Shown: positions 1-10,387, numbered from the stretch's first letter. The stretch: 64,000 nucleotides of DNA from Ferrovibrio sp. (GCF_029255545.1 NZ_JANLJJ010000017.1:8488-72487); one strand, 5' to 3'. The notes: generated by a model from the letters alone, not told the origin. Made by a program: numbers and translations.

Positions 1-240
1 GAGCTGAACGAGGCTTTCGCCGTGCAGGTGCTGTATTGCCGCGACAAGCTGGGCATCCCGGATGAGCGGCTGAACGTGAGTGGCGGCGCGATTTCCATCG
101 GCCATCCCTATGGCATGTCGGGTGCGCGCATGACCGGCCATGCCCTGATCGAGGGCAAGCGCCGTGGCGCGAAATACGTGGTGGTGACCATGTGCATTGG
201 CGGCGGCCAGGGCGGTGCTGGTCTCTTTGAAGTGGCCTGA
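1..240 (+). CDS. Acetyl-CoA C-acyltransferase (thiolase), C-terminal part; truncated by window start
   Basis: Frame open from base 1: [23 protein letters not shown] and MCIGGGQG thiolase C-terminal motifs. Confidence 0.95.
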   Translation, partial: ELNEAFAVQVLYCRDKLGIPDERLNVSGGAISIGHPYGMSGARMTGHALIEGKRRGAKYVVVTMCIGGGQGGAGLFEVA

Positions 241-241
241 C

Positions 242-673
242 CTAACGCAGCGCGTGGCGGGTGAGGATCAGGTCCGCCACCCCGCCGCGCGTGTAACGAA
301 CAATACCGAATTGGCCATAGCGCTCCGCCAGCGCCATGGCCTTTTCCGTTTCCAGGTCCAGCACGGCGAAACCCGGCTCCGGCCGCCAGCCGTGGCGATC
401 CGGTACGCCGATATGCGGCAATGCGGCCAGTCCGCGCGACGCCAGGTCGCGGCCAAGGCGCTGATGCGCCGCCATGTTGCGTGTCACCGGCACGCATTTG
501 CTGCGTGGGTTCCAGGCATTCAGGCAGGTCAGTGATGTGGCATCCTGCCGGCGCAGAAACGCATCGGCCTGCGGGCTGGGTTCGTCCAGCCGCAGGCCGA
601 TCAGGCTGTTATCGGGCAGGGTCACCGCATAGGTGGTGGCGCGGTAACTCCGCAGGGTGGTCGTGCTGATCAC
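242..673 (-). CDS. DUF3293 family protein
   Basis: YRATTY...LNAWNPRS...W..EPGF...A..YGQ pattern; GTG start overlaps the stop of the upstream gene. Confidence 0.75.
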   Translation of the reverse strand: MISTTTLRSYRATTYAVTLPDNSLIGLRLDEPSPQADAFLRRQDATSLTCLNAWNPRSKCVPVTRNMAAHQRLGRDLASRGLAALPHIGVPDRHGWRPEPGFAVLDLETEKAMALAERYGQFGIVRYTRGGVADLILTRHALR

Positions 674-1356
674 GGCCTTTCGGCGGCCGACAATGCCTGG
701 CGCAGGGCGCTGGTGCCCGGATTGCTCACGGCATTGTCGTAGAGGATGTTGCGCGGATGCGCCTCGCGTCCGTAATAGGCGGTGTTGCGGCTGTGCCGGG
801 CGGTGATCACCGCGCCTTCGATGGCGACGCCGGCGGCCAGCCCTTTGCTGCGCGAGTAGGACAGGATGTCGGCGCCCAGATGCGTGGTGGTGGCGGCTTC
901 CACGCCCATGCCGAGCGGACCGGCCGCCACGGTGGCATCGGCGCCGAGCTTGAACTCGTTGCGCAGGATGGCATCCACCGCCTTGTCGTTCATCAGCAGC
1001 AGCATGACCTCCGAGGCCTCGCCACCGATCTGCAGGCCGATCGAGCCGGCGCCCATCGTATAGATCGCCGGCTCGCTCCAGCCCGTGCCCGTGCGGGCCA
1101 TCAGCAGACCAGAGCCGCCCTCGCCGCCGATGATGAAGCTGGCCTTCAGCAGCTGTGGCACGACGAAGACGCCCCTGGCCTGGGCCAGGCGGCGGCGCAT
1201 GTCGGTGAACTGGTTGTCGCCGGCGAAACGGTCGACGGTGATGCGGGCGGCATCGATCAGGTTCTGGTCTTCGGCGGCCTGGGCCGTCCAGGGCGAGGCC
1301 AGCAGCAGGCCGGCGCTAAAGCCGGCGGTCGTCAACAAATGGCGGCGGGTCAACAT
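670..1356 (-). CDS. SYLF/Ysc84-domain lipid-binding protein with Tat-like signal
   Basis: MLTRRHLL signal; GGEGGSG, GAGSIGLQIGGE and YSRSKGL..GV..EGAVI SYLF motifs; start moved to ATG 1356. Confidence 0.85.
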   Translation of the reverse strand: MLTRRHLLTTAGFSAGLLLASPWTAQAAEDQNLIDAARITVDRFAGDNQFTDMRRRLAQARGVFVVPQLLKASFIIGGEGGSGLLMARTGTGWSEPAIYTMGAGSIGLQIGGEASEVMLLLMNDKAVDAILRNEFKLGADATVAAGPLGMGVEAATTTHLGADILSYSRSKGLAAGVAIEGAVITARHSRNTAYYGREAHPRNILYDNAVSNPGTSALRQALSAAERP

Positions 1357-1504
1357 GGGGATGTCCCTTTCCGGGTTGGCAAAGCCATGATCGCAATATA
1401 TTGCTTCGGCCACGGCATTGCACCCCGACTCCTGGGGGCGGCCGTGGGTTGTTGGGACCACACCCCATCCCTAGACTGTGGCGGCATTGTGGAGTGGAGG
1501 CGGC

Positions 1505-1783
1505 ATGTCGAAGGCGAAGGATGCGGCGGAAAACGCCCCTGAGACCATTCCGGCCGATATCGCGGGTCTGAGCTTCGAGGCGGCCCTGAAGGCCCTGGAC
1601 GAGATCGTGGCCAAGCTGGAAAGCGGCCGGGTCGATCTTGAGGAATCGATCGCCCTGTATGGCCGTGGCGCCCTGCTGAAGCGCCATTGCGAGGCCAAGC
1701 TGAAGGCCGCCGAAGAAAAGATCGAGAAAATCGTGGTCGGCGCCGATGGCCAGCCCGGCAGCCAGCCCTTCAAGGCCGATTAA
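1505..1783 (+). CDS. xseB: Exodeoxyribonuclease VII small subunit
   Basis: LSFEAAL..LDEIV.KLESG.V.LEESI..Y.RG..L...C...L; position upstream of ispA-dxs. Confidence 0.95.
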   Translation: MSKAKDAAENAPETIPADIAGLSFEAALKALDEIVAKLESGRVDLEESIALYGRGALLKRHCEAKLKAAEEKIEKIVVGADGQPGSQPFKAD

Positions 1784-1784
1784 G

Positions 1785-2702
1785 ATGAATGATTCGCCGT
1801 CGCCCGTGCTTGCGGCGGCCATGCGGGATGTGGCGGCGGCTGTCGAGGCCGGACTCGACCACCTGCTGCCCCAGCCCGCTGGCCCGACCGCCCGGCTGGA
1901 TGACGCCATGCGCTATGCCACGCTGGGCGGCGGCAAGCGGCTGCGCGCCCTGCTGGTAGTGGCCGGCGGCGACCTGTTCGGCGCGCCGCGCGCGGGCAGC
2001 CTGCGCGTGGCGGCGGCCATCGAGATGCTGCACGCCTATTCGCTGATCCATGACGACCTGCCCTGCATGGACGATGACGACCTGCGCCGGGGCAAGCCGA
2101 CGCTGCACCGGGCCTTCGACGAGGCGGCGGCGGTACTGGCCGGCGACGGGCTGCAGGCCCTGGCTTTTGAGGTGCTGGCCGATCCGGCCACCCATGCCGA
2201 GGCGGCGGTGCGGGCTGAGCTTGTGCTGGGGCTGGCCCGGGCGGCCGGTCCGCGCGGCATGGTCGGCGGCCAGGCCATCGACCTGGCGGCCGAGACCCGC
2301 ACGGCGGCCGGCCAGCCGCTGGATTACGCCGAGATCGCCCATCTGCAGGCGCTCAAAACCGGGGCGCTGATCGCCTTTGCCGCTGAATCGGGGGCGATCC
2401 TGGGGCGGGCATCCGTGGCAGACCGGGCGGTTCTGCGCGATTATGCCGCCGATCTGGGGCTCGCCTTCCAGATCGCGGACGATATCTTGGACCATGAGGG
2501 CTCGGCCGCCGAACTGGGCAAGGCGGTGGGCAAGGATGCCGGGGCCGGGAAGGCGACTTTTGTGGGCCTGCTGGGCCTGGAGGGCGCAAAAACCAAGGCC
2601 CGGACGTTAACCAGTTCGGCCCAGGGCCGTCTGGACCGTTTTGGCCTGGCCGCCAAGGTTTTACAGGAGCTGGCGGAGTTTGTTATAACCCGCCGCTCGT
2701 GA
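1785..2702 (+). CDS. ispA: Farnesyl-diphosphate synthase / polyprenyl synthetase
   Basis: [24 protein letters not shown] (FARM), FQIADDILD (SARM), GKD..AGKATF. Confidence 0.95.
   Translation: MNDSPSPVLAAAMRDVAAAVEAGLDHLLPQPAGPTARLDDAMRYATLGGGKRLRALLVVAGGDLFGAPRAGSLRVAAAIEMLHAYSLIHDDLPCMDDDDLRRGKPTLHRAFDEAAAVLAGDGLQALAFEVLADPATHAEAAVRAELVLGLARAAGPRGMVGGQAIDLAAETRTAAGQPLDYAEIAHLQALKTGALIAFAAESGAILGRASVADRAVLRDYAADLGLAFQIADDILDHEGSAAELGKAVGKDAGAGKATFVGLLGLEGAKTKARTLTSSAQGRLDRFGLAAKVLQELAEFVITRRS
2660..2689 (+). promoter_or_regulatory. Candidate internal sigma70 promoter for dxs inside the ispA 3' end
   Basis: TTTACA(2660-65)-N18-TATAAC(2684-89), extended -10 TG; locally AT-rich codons (TTA, TTT, GTT, ATA) unusual for this genome. 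Confidence 0.5.
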
Positions 2703-2718
2703 CACGATCGGATCAGCA

Positions 2719-4635
2719 ATGATCAGTAACCGCACACCCCTGCTGGATAAGGTGCGGACGCCGGCCGACATCCGGCAGTTCGACATCGACCAGCTCAAGC
2801 AGCTCGCCGACGAGGTGCGCCGCGAGATGATCGACGCCGTCTCGGTGACCGGCGGTCATCTCGGCGCGGGCCTCGGCGTGGTCGAGCTGACGGTTGCCGT
2901 GCATCATGTCTTCGCCACGCCCGACGACAAGCTGATCTGGGATGTCGGCCACCAGGCCTATCCGCACAAGATCCTCACCGGGCGGCGCGACCGCATCCGC
3001 ACCCTGCGCCAGGGCGGCGGCCTGTCCGGCTTCACGCGCCGCTCCGAGAGCGAATACGATCCCTTCGGCGCCGCGCATTCCTCGACCTCGATTTCCGCCG
3101 GCCTCGGCATGGCGGTGGCGCGCGACCTGAAGCATGGCAAGAACAACGTCATCTGCGTGATCGGCGACGGCGCGATGTCGGCCGGGATGGCCTATGAGGC
3201 GATGAACAATGCCGGCTCGATGGATTCGCGCCTGATCGTGATCCTGAACGACAACGACATGTCGATTGCGCCGCCGGTCGGCGCGATGAGCGCCTATCTG
3301 TCGCGCCTGCTCTCCTCGCGCTCCTACATGGGCCTGCGCCAGCTGGCCAAGCAGCTCGGCCACAAGATCCTGCCCAAGGGCCTGGCCACGGCGGCCGAGA
3401 AGGCCGAGGAATATGCGCGCGGCATGGTCACCGGCGGCACGCTGTTCGAGGAACTGGGCTTCTATTATGTCGGGCCGGTCGACGGCCATAATCTCGAGCA
3501 TCTCGTGCCGGTGCTGAAGAATATCCGCGACAACGACGAGAGCGGCCCGGTGCTGATCCATGCCGTGACGCAGAAGGGCAAGGGTTATGGTCCGGCCGAG
3601 GCGGCCGACGACAAGTATCACGGCGTGTCGAAATTCGATGTCGTCACCGGCGCCCAGGCCAAGCCCAAGGCCGGCCCGCCCAGCTATACCAGGGTGTTTG
3701 CCCAGAGCCTGATCGCGGAAGCCGAACGCGACGACAAGATCGTGGCGATCACCGCCGCGATGCCGTCGGGCACCGGGCTCGACCTGTTCGCCCAGCGCTT
3801 CCCCGACCGCTGCTTCGATGTCGGCATCGCCGAGCAGCATGCGGTGACGTTTGCCGCCGGTCTGGCCTGCGAGGGCTTCAAGCCCTTCACGGCGATCTAT
3901 TCCACCTTCCTGCAGCGCGCCTTTGACCAGGTGGTGCATGACGTGGCGATCCAGAAGCTGCCGGTGCGTTTCGCCATCGACCGCGCCGGGCTGGTCGGCG
4001 CCGACGGCGCGACCCATGCCGGCAGTTTCGACATCGCCTATCTCGGCTGCCTGCCCGACATGGTGCTGATGGCGGCATCCGACGAGGCCGAGCTGATGCA
4101 TATGGTGGCCACGGCCGCCGCGCTGGACGACCGGCCCTCGGCCTTCCGCTATCCGCGTGGCGAGGGGCTTGGCCTCACGCTGCCTGGCCGGGGCTCGATC
4201 CTGCCGCTGGGCAAGGGCCGCGTGCTGCGCGAGGGCAGCTCGATTGCCATCCTGTCTTTCGGCGCGCGTTTGGCCGAGGCGCTGAAGGCCGCCGACGACC
4301 TGGCCGCGCGCGGCCTGACCGCCACCGTGGCGGATGCGCGCTTCTGCAAACCGCTGGATACCGATCTGGTGCGCCAGCTGGCGCGGCACCACGAGGTGCT
4401 GATCACCATCGAGGAAGGTTCGGTAGGGGGCTTCGGCAGTCATGTGCTGCAGTTCCTGAGCCATGATGGCCTGCTTGATCACGGCCTGAAGATCCGGCCG
4501 ATGGTGCTGCCGGACATCTTCATCGATCACGATGCGCCGGCGAAGCAGTATGATCTGGCGGGGCTGAATGCGCCGCAGATCGTCGCCATGGCGCTGTCAG
4601 CGCTTGGTCGCTCCGACCTTTCCGTCCGCGCATAA
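2719..4635 (+). CDS. dxs: 1-deoxy-D-xylulose-5-phosphate synthase
   Basis: [32 protein letters not shown]...[27 protein letters not shown]. Confidence 0.98.
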   Translation: MISNRTPLLDKVRTPADIRQFDIDQLKQLADEVRREMIDAVSVTGGHLGAGLGVVELTVAVHHVFATPDDKLIWDVGHQAYPHKILTGRRDRIRTLRQGGGLSGFTRRSESEYDPFGAAHSSTSISAGLGMAVARDLKHGKNNVICVIGDGAMSAGMAYEAMNNAGSMDSRLIVILNDNDMSIAPPVGAMSAYLSRLLSSRSYMGLRQLAKQLGHKILPKGLATAAEKAEEYARGMVTGGTLFEELGFYYVGPVDGHNLEHLVPVLKNIRDNDESGPVLIHAVTQKGKGYGPAEAADDKYHGVSKFDVVTGAQAKPKAGPPSYTRVFAQSLIAEAERDDKIVAITAAMPSGTGLDLFAQRFPDRCFDVGIAEQHAVTFAAGLACEGFKPFTAIYSTFLQRAFDQVVHDVAIQKLPVRFAIDRAGLVGADGATHAGSFDIAYLGCLPDMVLMAASDEAELMHMVATAAALDDRPSAFRYPRGEGLGLTLPGRGSILPLGKGRVLREGSSIAILSFGARLAEALKAADDLAARGLTATVADARFCKPLDTDLVRQLARHHEVLITIEEGSVGGFGSHVLQFLSHDGLLDHGLKIRPMVLPDIFIDHDAPAKQYDLAGLNAPQIVAMALSALGRSDLSVRA

Positions 4636-4647
4636 AGCAGGCCCGTC

Positions 4648-6006
4648 ATGATCCTCAGGGAAGCGCGGGCCACGCTCGTGCTGGCGCTGCCGATTGCCGG
4701 CACCCAGCTTGCCCAGATGGCGATCCACACCACCGATGTCTGGCTGCTGTCGCATTACAGCGAACAGGCATTGGGCGCCGCCGCTTTGGGCGTGGCGATC
4801 TTCAGCTTCCTGTGGATCATCGGCCTGGGCATGGCCACCGCCACGCCGGCGCTGGCGGCCCAGGCCCGTGGTTACGATCCCAACGATCGTGACGGCGTGC
4901 GCCAGGCCGTGCATGACGGCCTGATCTCCACCGGGCTTTATGGTCTGATCTGCACCTTGCTGATGATCGTCATCGAGCCGTTCCTGGTGCTGATCGGCCA
5001 GCCGCCGGAACTGGTTGCGCTGGCCGTGCCGTTCATGCAGGCAATCAGCGGCATGTTCATCACATCGCTGTGGTTTATGGTGCTGCGCGGCTTTGTCTCG
5101 GTGCTGGAGCGTCCGCGCGTTGCCCTGGTGCTCACGGTCATTGCCCTGCTGCTGAATGCCGCGGTGAATTATGTGCTGATCTTCGGTTTCTGGATCGTGC
5201 CATCGCTTGGCGTGGTCGGCGCCGGCCTGGGCTCCAGCATCGTCAACCTGGCCATCCTGCTTGGCATTGTCTGGTACATCGCGCGCGATCCGCAGTTCGC
5301 CTCCTATCAGCTGTCGCGCGGCTGGTGGCGCACCACGCCGCGCCGCATGACCGCCTTCCTGCGCGTGGCGCTGCCGATCTCGCTGGCGCTGGGCGCCGAG
5401 ATCGGGCTGTTCTCGGCCGCCGCCCTGCTGATGGGCCGGCTGGGCGCGACAGACGTGGCCGCGCACCAGATCGCCCTGCAATGGGCGGCGATTGCCTTCA
5501 TGGTGCCGATGGGGCTGGGCCAGGCGGCCACGGTGCGCGTCGGCCTCGCCGCTGGCGCGCGCGATGCCGCCGGCGTGGCGCATGCCGGCTGGATCGCGAT
5601 TGCCATGGGCATGTCCTTCATGCTGTGCACCGCGCTGATCTTCGGTTTCGCCGGCGCGACGCTGATCGGCGTGTTCGTGGCCGACCGCAATTCGGAGGTC
5701 TTCCTGCTCGCCACCACCTATCTGGGCATGGCGGCTTTGTTCCAGCTGGTCGATGGCGCCCAGGGAGTTGCCAACGGCGCCCTGCGTGGCCTGAAGGATA
5801 CCGCAACCCCGATGGTGATGACGCTGGTGGGCTACTGGCTGATCGGTTTTCCCATTGCCATCTGGTTCGGCTTCTACACGCCGCTGCGCGGCATCGGCGT
5901 GTGGATCGGCCTGGTGGTCGGGCTGGCCGTGGTGGCCGCCCTGCTGCTCTGGCGTTTTGCCCGGCAGAGCCATAGGCTGCGCCGCATGCAGGAGCGCGCG
6001 GCATGA
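4648..6006 (+). CDS. MATE family efflux transporter (NorM-like)
   Basis: About 12 hydrophobic segments; AAHQIALQ...FMVPMGLGQAATVRVG; LFQLVDG.Q....GALRG.KD. Confidence 0.92.
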   Translation: MILREARATLVLALPIAGTQLAQMAIHTTDVWLLSHYSEQALGAAALGVAIFSFLWIIGLGMATATPALAAQARGYDPNDRDGVRQAVHDGLISTGLYGLICTLLMIVIEPFLVLIGQPPELVALAVPFMQAISGMFITSLWFMVLRGFVSVLERPRVALVLTVIALLLNAAVNYVLIFGFWIVPSLGVVGAGLGSSIVNLAILLGIVWYIARDPQFASYQLSRGWWRTTPRRMTAFLRVALPISLALGAEIGLFSAAALLMGRLGATDVAAHQIALQWAAIAFMVPMGLGQAATVRVGLAAGARDAAGVAHAGWIAIAMGMSFMLCTALIFGFAGATLIGVFVADRNSEVFLLATTYLGMAALFQLVDGAQGVANGALRGLKDTATPMVMTLVGYWLIGFPIAIWFGFYTPLRGIGVWIGLVVGLAVVAALLLWRFARQSHRLRRMQERAA

Positions 6007-6767
6007 AGGCCCCCAAGCTGCGTCTGGACCAGGCGCTGGTCGAGCGCGGCCTGGCGGAAAGCCGGGCCAAGGCGCAGGCCGCCATCATGGCTGGCCTGGT
6101 CTTCTCGGGCGAGAAGCGGCTGGACAAGCCGGGCCTGTCGATTGCCAGCGACCTGCCGCTGGAACTGCGCGGCAAGCCGCATCCCTGGGTCAGCCGCGGC
6201 GGCGTGAAACTGGCGCATGCCATCCAGCATTTCTCCCTGAGCCCGCAGGATCGCATCTGCATCGATGTCGGCGCCTCCACCGGCGGCTTCACCGACGTGC
6301 TGCTGCAGCACGGCGCGGCCAGGGTCTATGCCGTCGATGTAGGCGAGGGGCAACTCGACTGGCGCCTGCGCAACGACCCGCGCGTGGTGGTGCTGGAGAA
6401 AACCAACGCACGGCATCTGGATGCCACGCGGATCCCCGATCCGATTGATGTCGTGGTCTGCGACGCCAGCTTCATCGGGCTGCAGACCGTGCTGCCGGCG
6501 GCTTTGTCGCTGGCCAGGCCGGGGGCCTGGGCGGTGGCGCTGATCAAGCCGCAATTCGAGGTCGGGCGCGAGCGGGTTGGCAAGGGCGGCGTGGTGCGCG
6601 ACCCGGCTTTGCACGAGGAAGTTTGTGCCCGCATCCATGACTGGTGGGCCGGATTGCCGGGCTGGCGGGTGATCGGCATCGAGCCGAGCCCGATCCTGGG
6701 CCCCGAAGGCAACCGCGAGTTCCTGATCGCAGCCGAAAAAGAGATTGGCGGGAAAGTTGATGCGTGA
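6003..6767 (+). CDS. tlyA: TlyA family rRNA (cytidine-2'-O)-methyltransferase
   Basis: N-terminal S4-like RLDQALVERGL; WVSRGG.KL, DVGASTGGFTD, LIKPQFE, G..GNREFL. Confidence 0.95.
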   Translation: MKAPKLRLDQALVERGLAESRAKAQAAIMAGLVFSGEKRLDKPGLSIASDLPLELRGKPHPWVSRGGVKLAHAIQHFSLSPQDRICIDVGASTGGFTDVLLQHGAARVYAVDVGEGQLDWRLRNDPRVVVLEKTNARHLDATRIPDPIDVVVCDASFIGLQTVLPAALSLARPGAWAVALIKPQFEVGRERVGKGGVVRDPALHEEVCARIHDWWAGLPGWRVIGIEPSPILGPEGNREFLIAAEKEIGGKVDA

Positions 6768-8046
6768 CGTGGACGGCGTGATCGAGCGGATGGGCGGGCA
6801 GGGCCATGGCGTGCTGACCCATGACGGCATCCGGTATTACGTGCCTTTCACCGTGCCGGGCGACCGCGTGGCCGCCAAGGTGGGCGAGGAACGTGGCGAC
6901 GGTTTCGCCGCGCATGTCAGCGTGCTGGAAGCGGAAGGGCCCGACCGCGTCGAGCCGCCCTGCCGGCATTTCCAGGCCTGCGGCGGCTGCGCCCTGCAGC
7001 ACTGGGCCGAGGCGCCTTATAACGCATGGAAACGCGACAAGCTGGCTGCCGCGCTGACGCGGCGGGATTTCGTCGACCCGGCGGTGGACAACCTGGTCAC
7101 CGTGCCGGCGCAGTCACGCCGGCGCGCCGAGTTCATCGTCCGCCGCGTGAAGGACAAGGTGCTGCTCGGCTTCCATGAAGCCGCCAGCCGCAAGATCGTC
7201 GACCTGGAAGACTGCACCGTGCTGCGGCCGGCTTTGCTGGCGCCGCTGCCGGCCTTGCGCGCCGCCTTGATCGAGGTGCTGGGCGATGGCTGGGCCATCG
7301 ACCTGAAACTCACCGATACCGAGACCGGGCTGGATGCACTGATCACCGGCAAGCTGAAGATGCGGGTGCAAGAGCGGATCGCACTCAGCAAGGCCGCCAA
7401 GGCCATCGGCCTGGCGCGGTTGAGCTGGCGCTTCGATCCACGCGGCGACGCCGAACTGCTCTACCAGGGCGAGGCGCCGCCAAGGGTGCGGTTCGGCGAA
7501 CATGGCGTGATCCTGCCGCCGGGCGGGTTCCTGCAGGCGACGGTGGAAGCCGAGCAGGCGATGGCGGATTTCGCGCTGGAGGCTTTGAAAGACGCCAGGC
7601 GCGTCGCCGATCTCTTCTCGGGCTGCGGCGCTTTTGCGCTGCGCCTGGCCGGGGCCGGCAAGACCGTGCTGGCCGCCGATGCCGACCGGCCGGCGATTGC
7701 GGCCCTGCAGGCGGCGGTCAAAACCGCCGGGCTGGCCGGGCGGCTCAATGCCCAGGCGCGCGACCTGGAGCGCCAGCCGCTGACCCGGGCGGAGCTGAAG
7801 AAACTCGATGCCGTGCTGCTCGATCCGCCGCGCGCAGGCGCCAAGGCCCAGGTGCAGCAGCTGGCCGAAGCAGCCGGGGCCGGCGCGGCGCCGCCGCTGG
7901 TGGTGATGGCGGCCTGCGACCCCTCCAGTTTCGCCCGCGACGCCCGCACGCTCGCCGATGCCGGCTGGCGGCTGGAGAGGGCCGTGCCGATCGACCAGTT
8001 CCGCTGGTCGCCGCATCTGGAAATCATCAGCCTTTTCAGGCGTTAA
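6760..8046 (+). CDS. 23S rRNA (uracil-5)-methyltransferase, RlmD/TrmA family
   Basis: TRAM-like N-terminus, CRHFQACGGC Fe-S motif, GGFLQA, DLFSGCGAF, LLDPPRAG, DQF.WSPHLE. Confidence 0.9.
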   Translation: MRDVDGVIERMGGQGHGVLTHDGIRYYVPFTVPGDRVAAKVGEERGDGFAAHVSVLEAEGPDRVEPPCRHFQACGGCALQHWAEAPYNAWKRDKLAAALTRRDFVDPAVDNLVTVPAQSRRRAEFIVRRVKDKVLLGFHEAASRKIVDLEDCTVLRPALLAPLPALRAALIEVLGDGWAIDLKLTDTETGLDALITGKLKMRVQERIALSKAAKAIGLARLSWRFDPRGDAELLYQGEAPPRVRFGEHGVILPPGGFLQATVEAEQAMADFALEALKDARRVADLFSGCGAFALRLAGAGKTVLAADADRPAIAALQAAVKTAGLAGRLNAQARDLERQPLTRAELKKLDAVLLDPPRAGAKAQVQQLAEAAGAGAAPPLVVMAACDPSSFARDARTLADAGWRLERAVPIDQFRWSPHLEIISLFRR

Positions 8047-8065
8047 ACAGGAACAGGGGCAGGGG

Positions 8066-8094
8066 TTGCAAAGCGGCCGGGGACCGGCTATATC
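8066..8094 (+). promoter_or_regulatory. sigma70 promoter of tRNA-Gln
   Basis: TTGCAA(8066-71)-N17-TATATC(8089-94), 17 nt upstream of the mature tRNA. Confidence 0.65.
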
Positions 8095-8111
8095 CCGCAC
8101 CCGATCCCTGC

Positions 8112-8185
8112 TGGGGGATCGTCTAACGGTAGGACCCCAGACTCTGACTCTGGTTGTCTAGGTTCGAATCCTAGTCCCCCAGCCA
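8112..8185 (+). tRNA. tRNA-Gln (anticodon CTG), 74 nt, encoded CCA
   Basis: Acceptor stem TGGGGGA/TCCCCCA+G+CCA; anticodon arm CCAGA-CTCTGAC-TCTGG; T-arm CTAGG-TTCGAAT-CCTAG. Confidence 0.97.
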
Positions 8186-8186
8186 A
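8166..8186 (+). repeat. attL core: 21-bp direct repeat (tRNA 3' end)
   Basis: GAATCCTAGTCCCCCAGCCAA, identical to 17301-17321. Confidence 0.95.
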
Positions 8187-8202
8187 AACTTTCTTAAATA
8201 TT

Positions 8203-8214
8203 TCAAATACTTAT
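8203..8214 (+). repeat. 12-bp inverted repeat inside attL (candidate integrase-binding site)
   Basis: TCAAATACTTAT is the exact reverse complement of ATAAGTATTTGA at 17260-17271. Confidence 0.6.
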
Positions 8215-8279
8215 GAAATCTGCCGACAAGGCAGGGCGATTTTCGCCGTGTCCGCTCTGACAGTCCACAGGAGCGAGGC

Positions 8280-9965
8280 ATGAGCAATAGGTTTCTGCGC
8301 GTTGTTGGCGGCCGATATGACTTCCGGCGCCGCATCCCTCCGGCACTTGTTTCTCGGTTTGGCGGTCAGCAAGAGTTGATCCGCAGCATCGGCAGCGTAC
8401 CGCACGCCGAAGCATTGGAGCGCGCCCGCCGTCTCGCGGTGGCAACAGATCGGTTATTTCGGATGGTTCGGCAGCAAGTCGAGTTGACACAGCAGCAGAT
8501 CGAGGAACTCGCTCGTGAATATTATGCGACGACACTGAGGGACTTCGAAAAGGCCAAGAAGCGGTACTCGGAAAAGGGCGCAGTGCAAGCTGAGCGAAGG
8601 GTTGAAGGCGCGAAAGAGCAGCTTCGTATGGGCTTCCTCGGTAACGCTGCACCGGACGCAATCGAGTTATTGCAGTCACGCGGTTTGGAGGTGGATGAGC
8701 AGAGTGATGGCTTCAAGCGTCTGTGTGAGTATATTTTGCGCGCATATGTGGAAGTTGCCCGCGTTCACAAGGCACGTTTCAGCGGTGATCATGGCGTGGT
8801 CGAGGCTGATTCTCTGTTCAAAGGGGCCGAGGCCGACGCTCGTAAGCCTGTGCCGAAATTCTCCGCCGGGTTCGATCTCTTTGTAGCCGAGAAGCTACAC
8901 ATGGATCAGTGGGGTCCAGATCAACAGCGAGATAACCGCAATACCAAAGCTATGTTTATTGAGTGGTGCGGCGATAAGCGGGTGGATCGTTACCACAGGA
9001 CTGAAATTGCCGAATTCGCCACGATGCTTCAGGCGTTGCCGCGCTTGCGAGGTAAGGTGCCTGCATTTAGTGGAAAGACACTTGCCGAGTTGGTTGCCAT
9101 GACCAAGGCGGATGGGAATATCGAGTGTTTGGCGCCGAAGTCTGTGAAGAAGCACGTCAGCAATATAAGCACCTTCTTCAAATGGCTCGAAAATAAAGGC
9201 TATGTTGATAAAAACCCGGCTAGAGGGGTGTATTCTTATAAGGACGACAGGCTGCCGTCAGAAGAACGCCCTGCTTGGTCGGTAGAGCAGCTTATTCGCC
9301 TTTTTTCTTCGCCGCTTTACCGGGGGGCAAAATCAGAGTGGATGCGATCAACGCCCGGAGATTTTATCAAAAGAGACGCGAGGTACTGGTTGCCGATTCT
9401 TGGCGCCTTCCATCCTGTTCGGCTCGAAGAAATGTCGCAGCTCAGAATTGCTGATATCAAGAGTGAAGAAGGTGTTTGGTTTATCGATATCACCCCCGGC
9501 GGCGCTGATCCGATTGCCGGCTTGCCCGAAAAGAAATTGAAGTCACCCGCCGCGCGGCGAAGGGTTCCGCTTCACTCCCTCGTTCTTGAGATCGGCTTTC
9601 TGAACTACCTAGAGTCAGCACGGCAGAGGGGCAAAGGGCTCGTGTTCTACGATCTTTCTGTTGGAGGGGTGGCAGACCGCTTCGGGTATGCCTTCTCGAA
9701 ATGGTTTTCTCGGTATACTCGGGCGCTGAACGTGGCGATCAATAAGCCCGATGAAAAAGGGGTAGATTTCCATAGCCTGCGGCACAACGCGGTATCGGCA
9801 ATGAAGTGGGCTGGCGTCCATACCGATGTCATGGACGAGTTGGAAGGACATGCCGGCGAAGGTGAGCGCAAGCGTTATGGTAAGCGGTCGCCCCTTACGG
9901 TGTTAAAGCCGGCCATCGATGCTATCCGATACGAAGGCATCACTGCCGATCTATTCCGGCTCTGA
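8280..9965 (+). CDS. Tyrosine recombinase/integrase with DUF6538-like N-terminus
   Basis: N-terminal YDFRRRIP; catalytic R (VRLEEM), K (LKSPAARRRVPLH), HxxR (FHSLRH), GH and Y (RKRYG). Confidence 0.93.
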   Translation: MSNRFLRVVGGRYDFRRRIPPALVSRFGGQQELIRSIGSVPHAEALERARRLAVATDRLFRMVRQQVELTQQQIEELAREYYATTLRDFEKAKKRYSEKGAVQAERRVEGAKEQLRMGFLGNAAPDAIELLQSRGLEVDEQSDGFKRLCEYILRAYVEVARVHKARFSGDHGVVEADSLFKGAEADARKPVPKFSAGFDLFVAEKLHMDQWGPDQQRDNRNTKAMFIEWCGDKRVDRYHRTEIAEFATMLQALPRLRGKVPAFSGKTLAELVAMTKADGNIECLAPKSVKKHVSNISTFFKWLENKGYVDKNPARGVYSYKDDRLPSEERPAWSVEQLIRLFSSPLYRGAKSEWMRSTPGDFIKRDARYWLPILGAFHPVRLEEMSQLRIADIKSEEGVWFIDITPGGADPIAGLPEKKLKSPAARRRVPLHSLVLEIGFLNYLESARQRGKGLVFYDLSVGGVADRFGYAFSKWFSRYTRALNVAINKPDEKGVDFHSLRHNAVSAMKWAGVHTDVMDELEGHAGEGERKRYGKRSPLTVLKPAIDAIRYEGITADLFRL

Positions 9966-9970
9966 CCGCC

Positions 9971-10387
9971 ATGCTGATCGCCGCTTTCGTGATCCTTGCC
10001 GTCCTTGGTTTCTTTGGGTGGGGTGCGGCACTGGCCCGGTTCCTGATCGGCGCCGTCACCTTGCCGGCCGTCCTGCTGTGGCGACTCATCCGACTGGCAG
10101 TCGGCGGGGCGGTGCTGGTCTTGCTGGTCAGTGCCTCTCCCGGCATCGCTGGTGATCTCAGGCTTGAGCGTCAGCCCGGCACGCCGGGCAATATCCGGGT
10201 ATACGAGGATGGCATCCTGAGAGGGGTGGCCCGGCCCGAGCAGGGCGGCAGCTACAGGTTTGACCGCCAGCCCGACCGGCTGATCCTGCCCGGCTCGATC
10301 TACGATCCGAAGTCCTCGAACTACCGGCGGGAGGCATGGCCGAAGGGCGATCCTCGGACCCCGGCACTGCCGAAATACGGTCGGTAG
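9971..10387 (+). CDS. Hypothetical membrane-anchored protein
   Basis: 138 aa, starts 5 nt after the integrase stop; hydrophobic N-terminal ~55 aa then a small beta-rich domain. Confidence 0.6.
   Translation: MLIAAFVILAVLGFFGWGAALARFLIGAVTLPAVLLWRLIRLAVGGAVLVLLVSASPGIAGDLRLERQPGTPGNIRVYEDGILRGVARPEQGGSYRFDRQPDRLILPGSIYDPKSSNYRREAWPKGDPRTPALPKYGR

Noticed and set aside
2713-4530. 605-aa minus-strand ORF
   Set aside because: Antisense shadow of dxs, typical of high-GC codon bias; no motifs.
8203-8679. 158-aa ORF antisense to the integrase 5' end (possible excisionase)
   Set aside because: No HTH/AlpA pattern or RBS; overlaps a well-supported gene.
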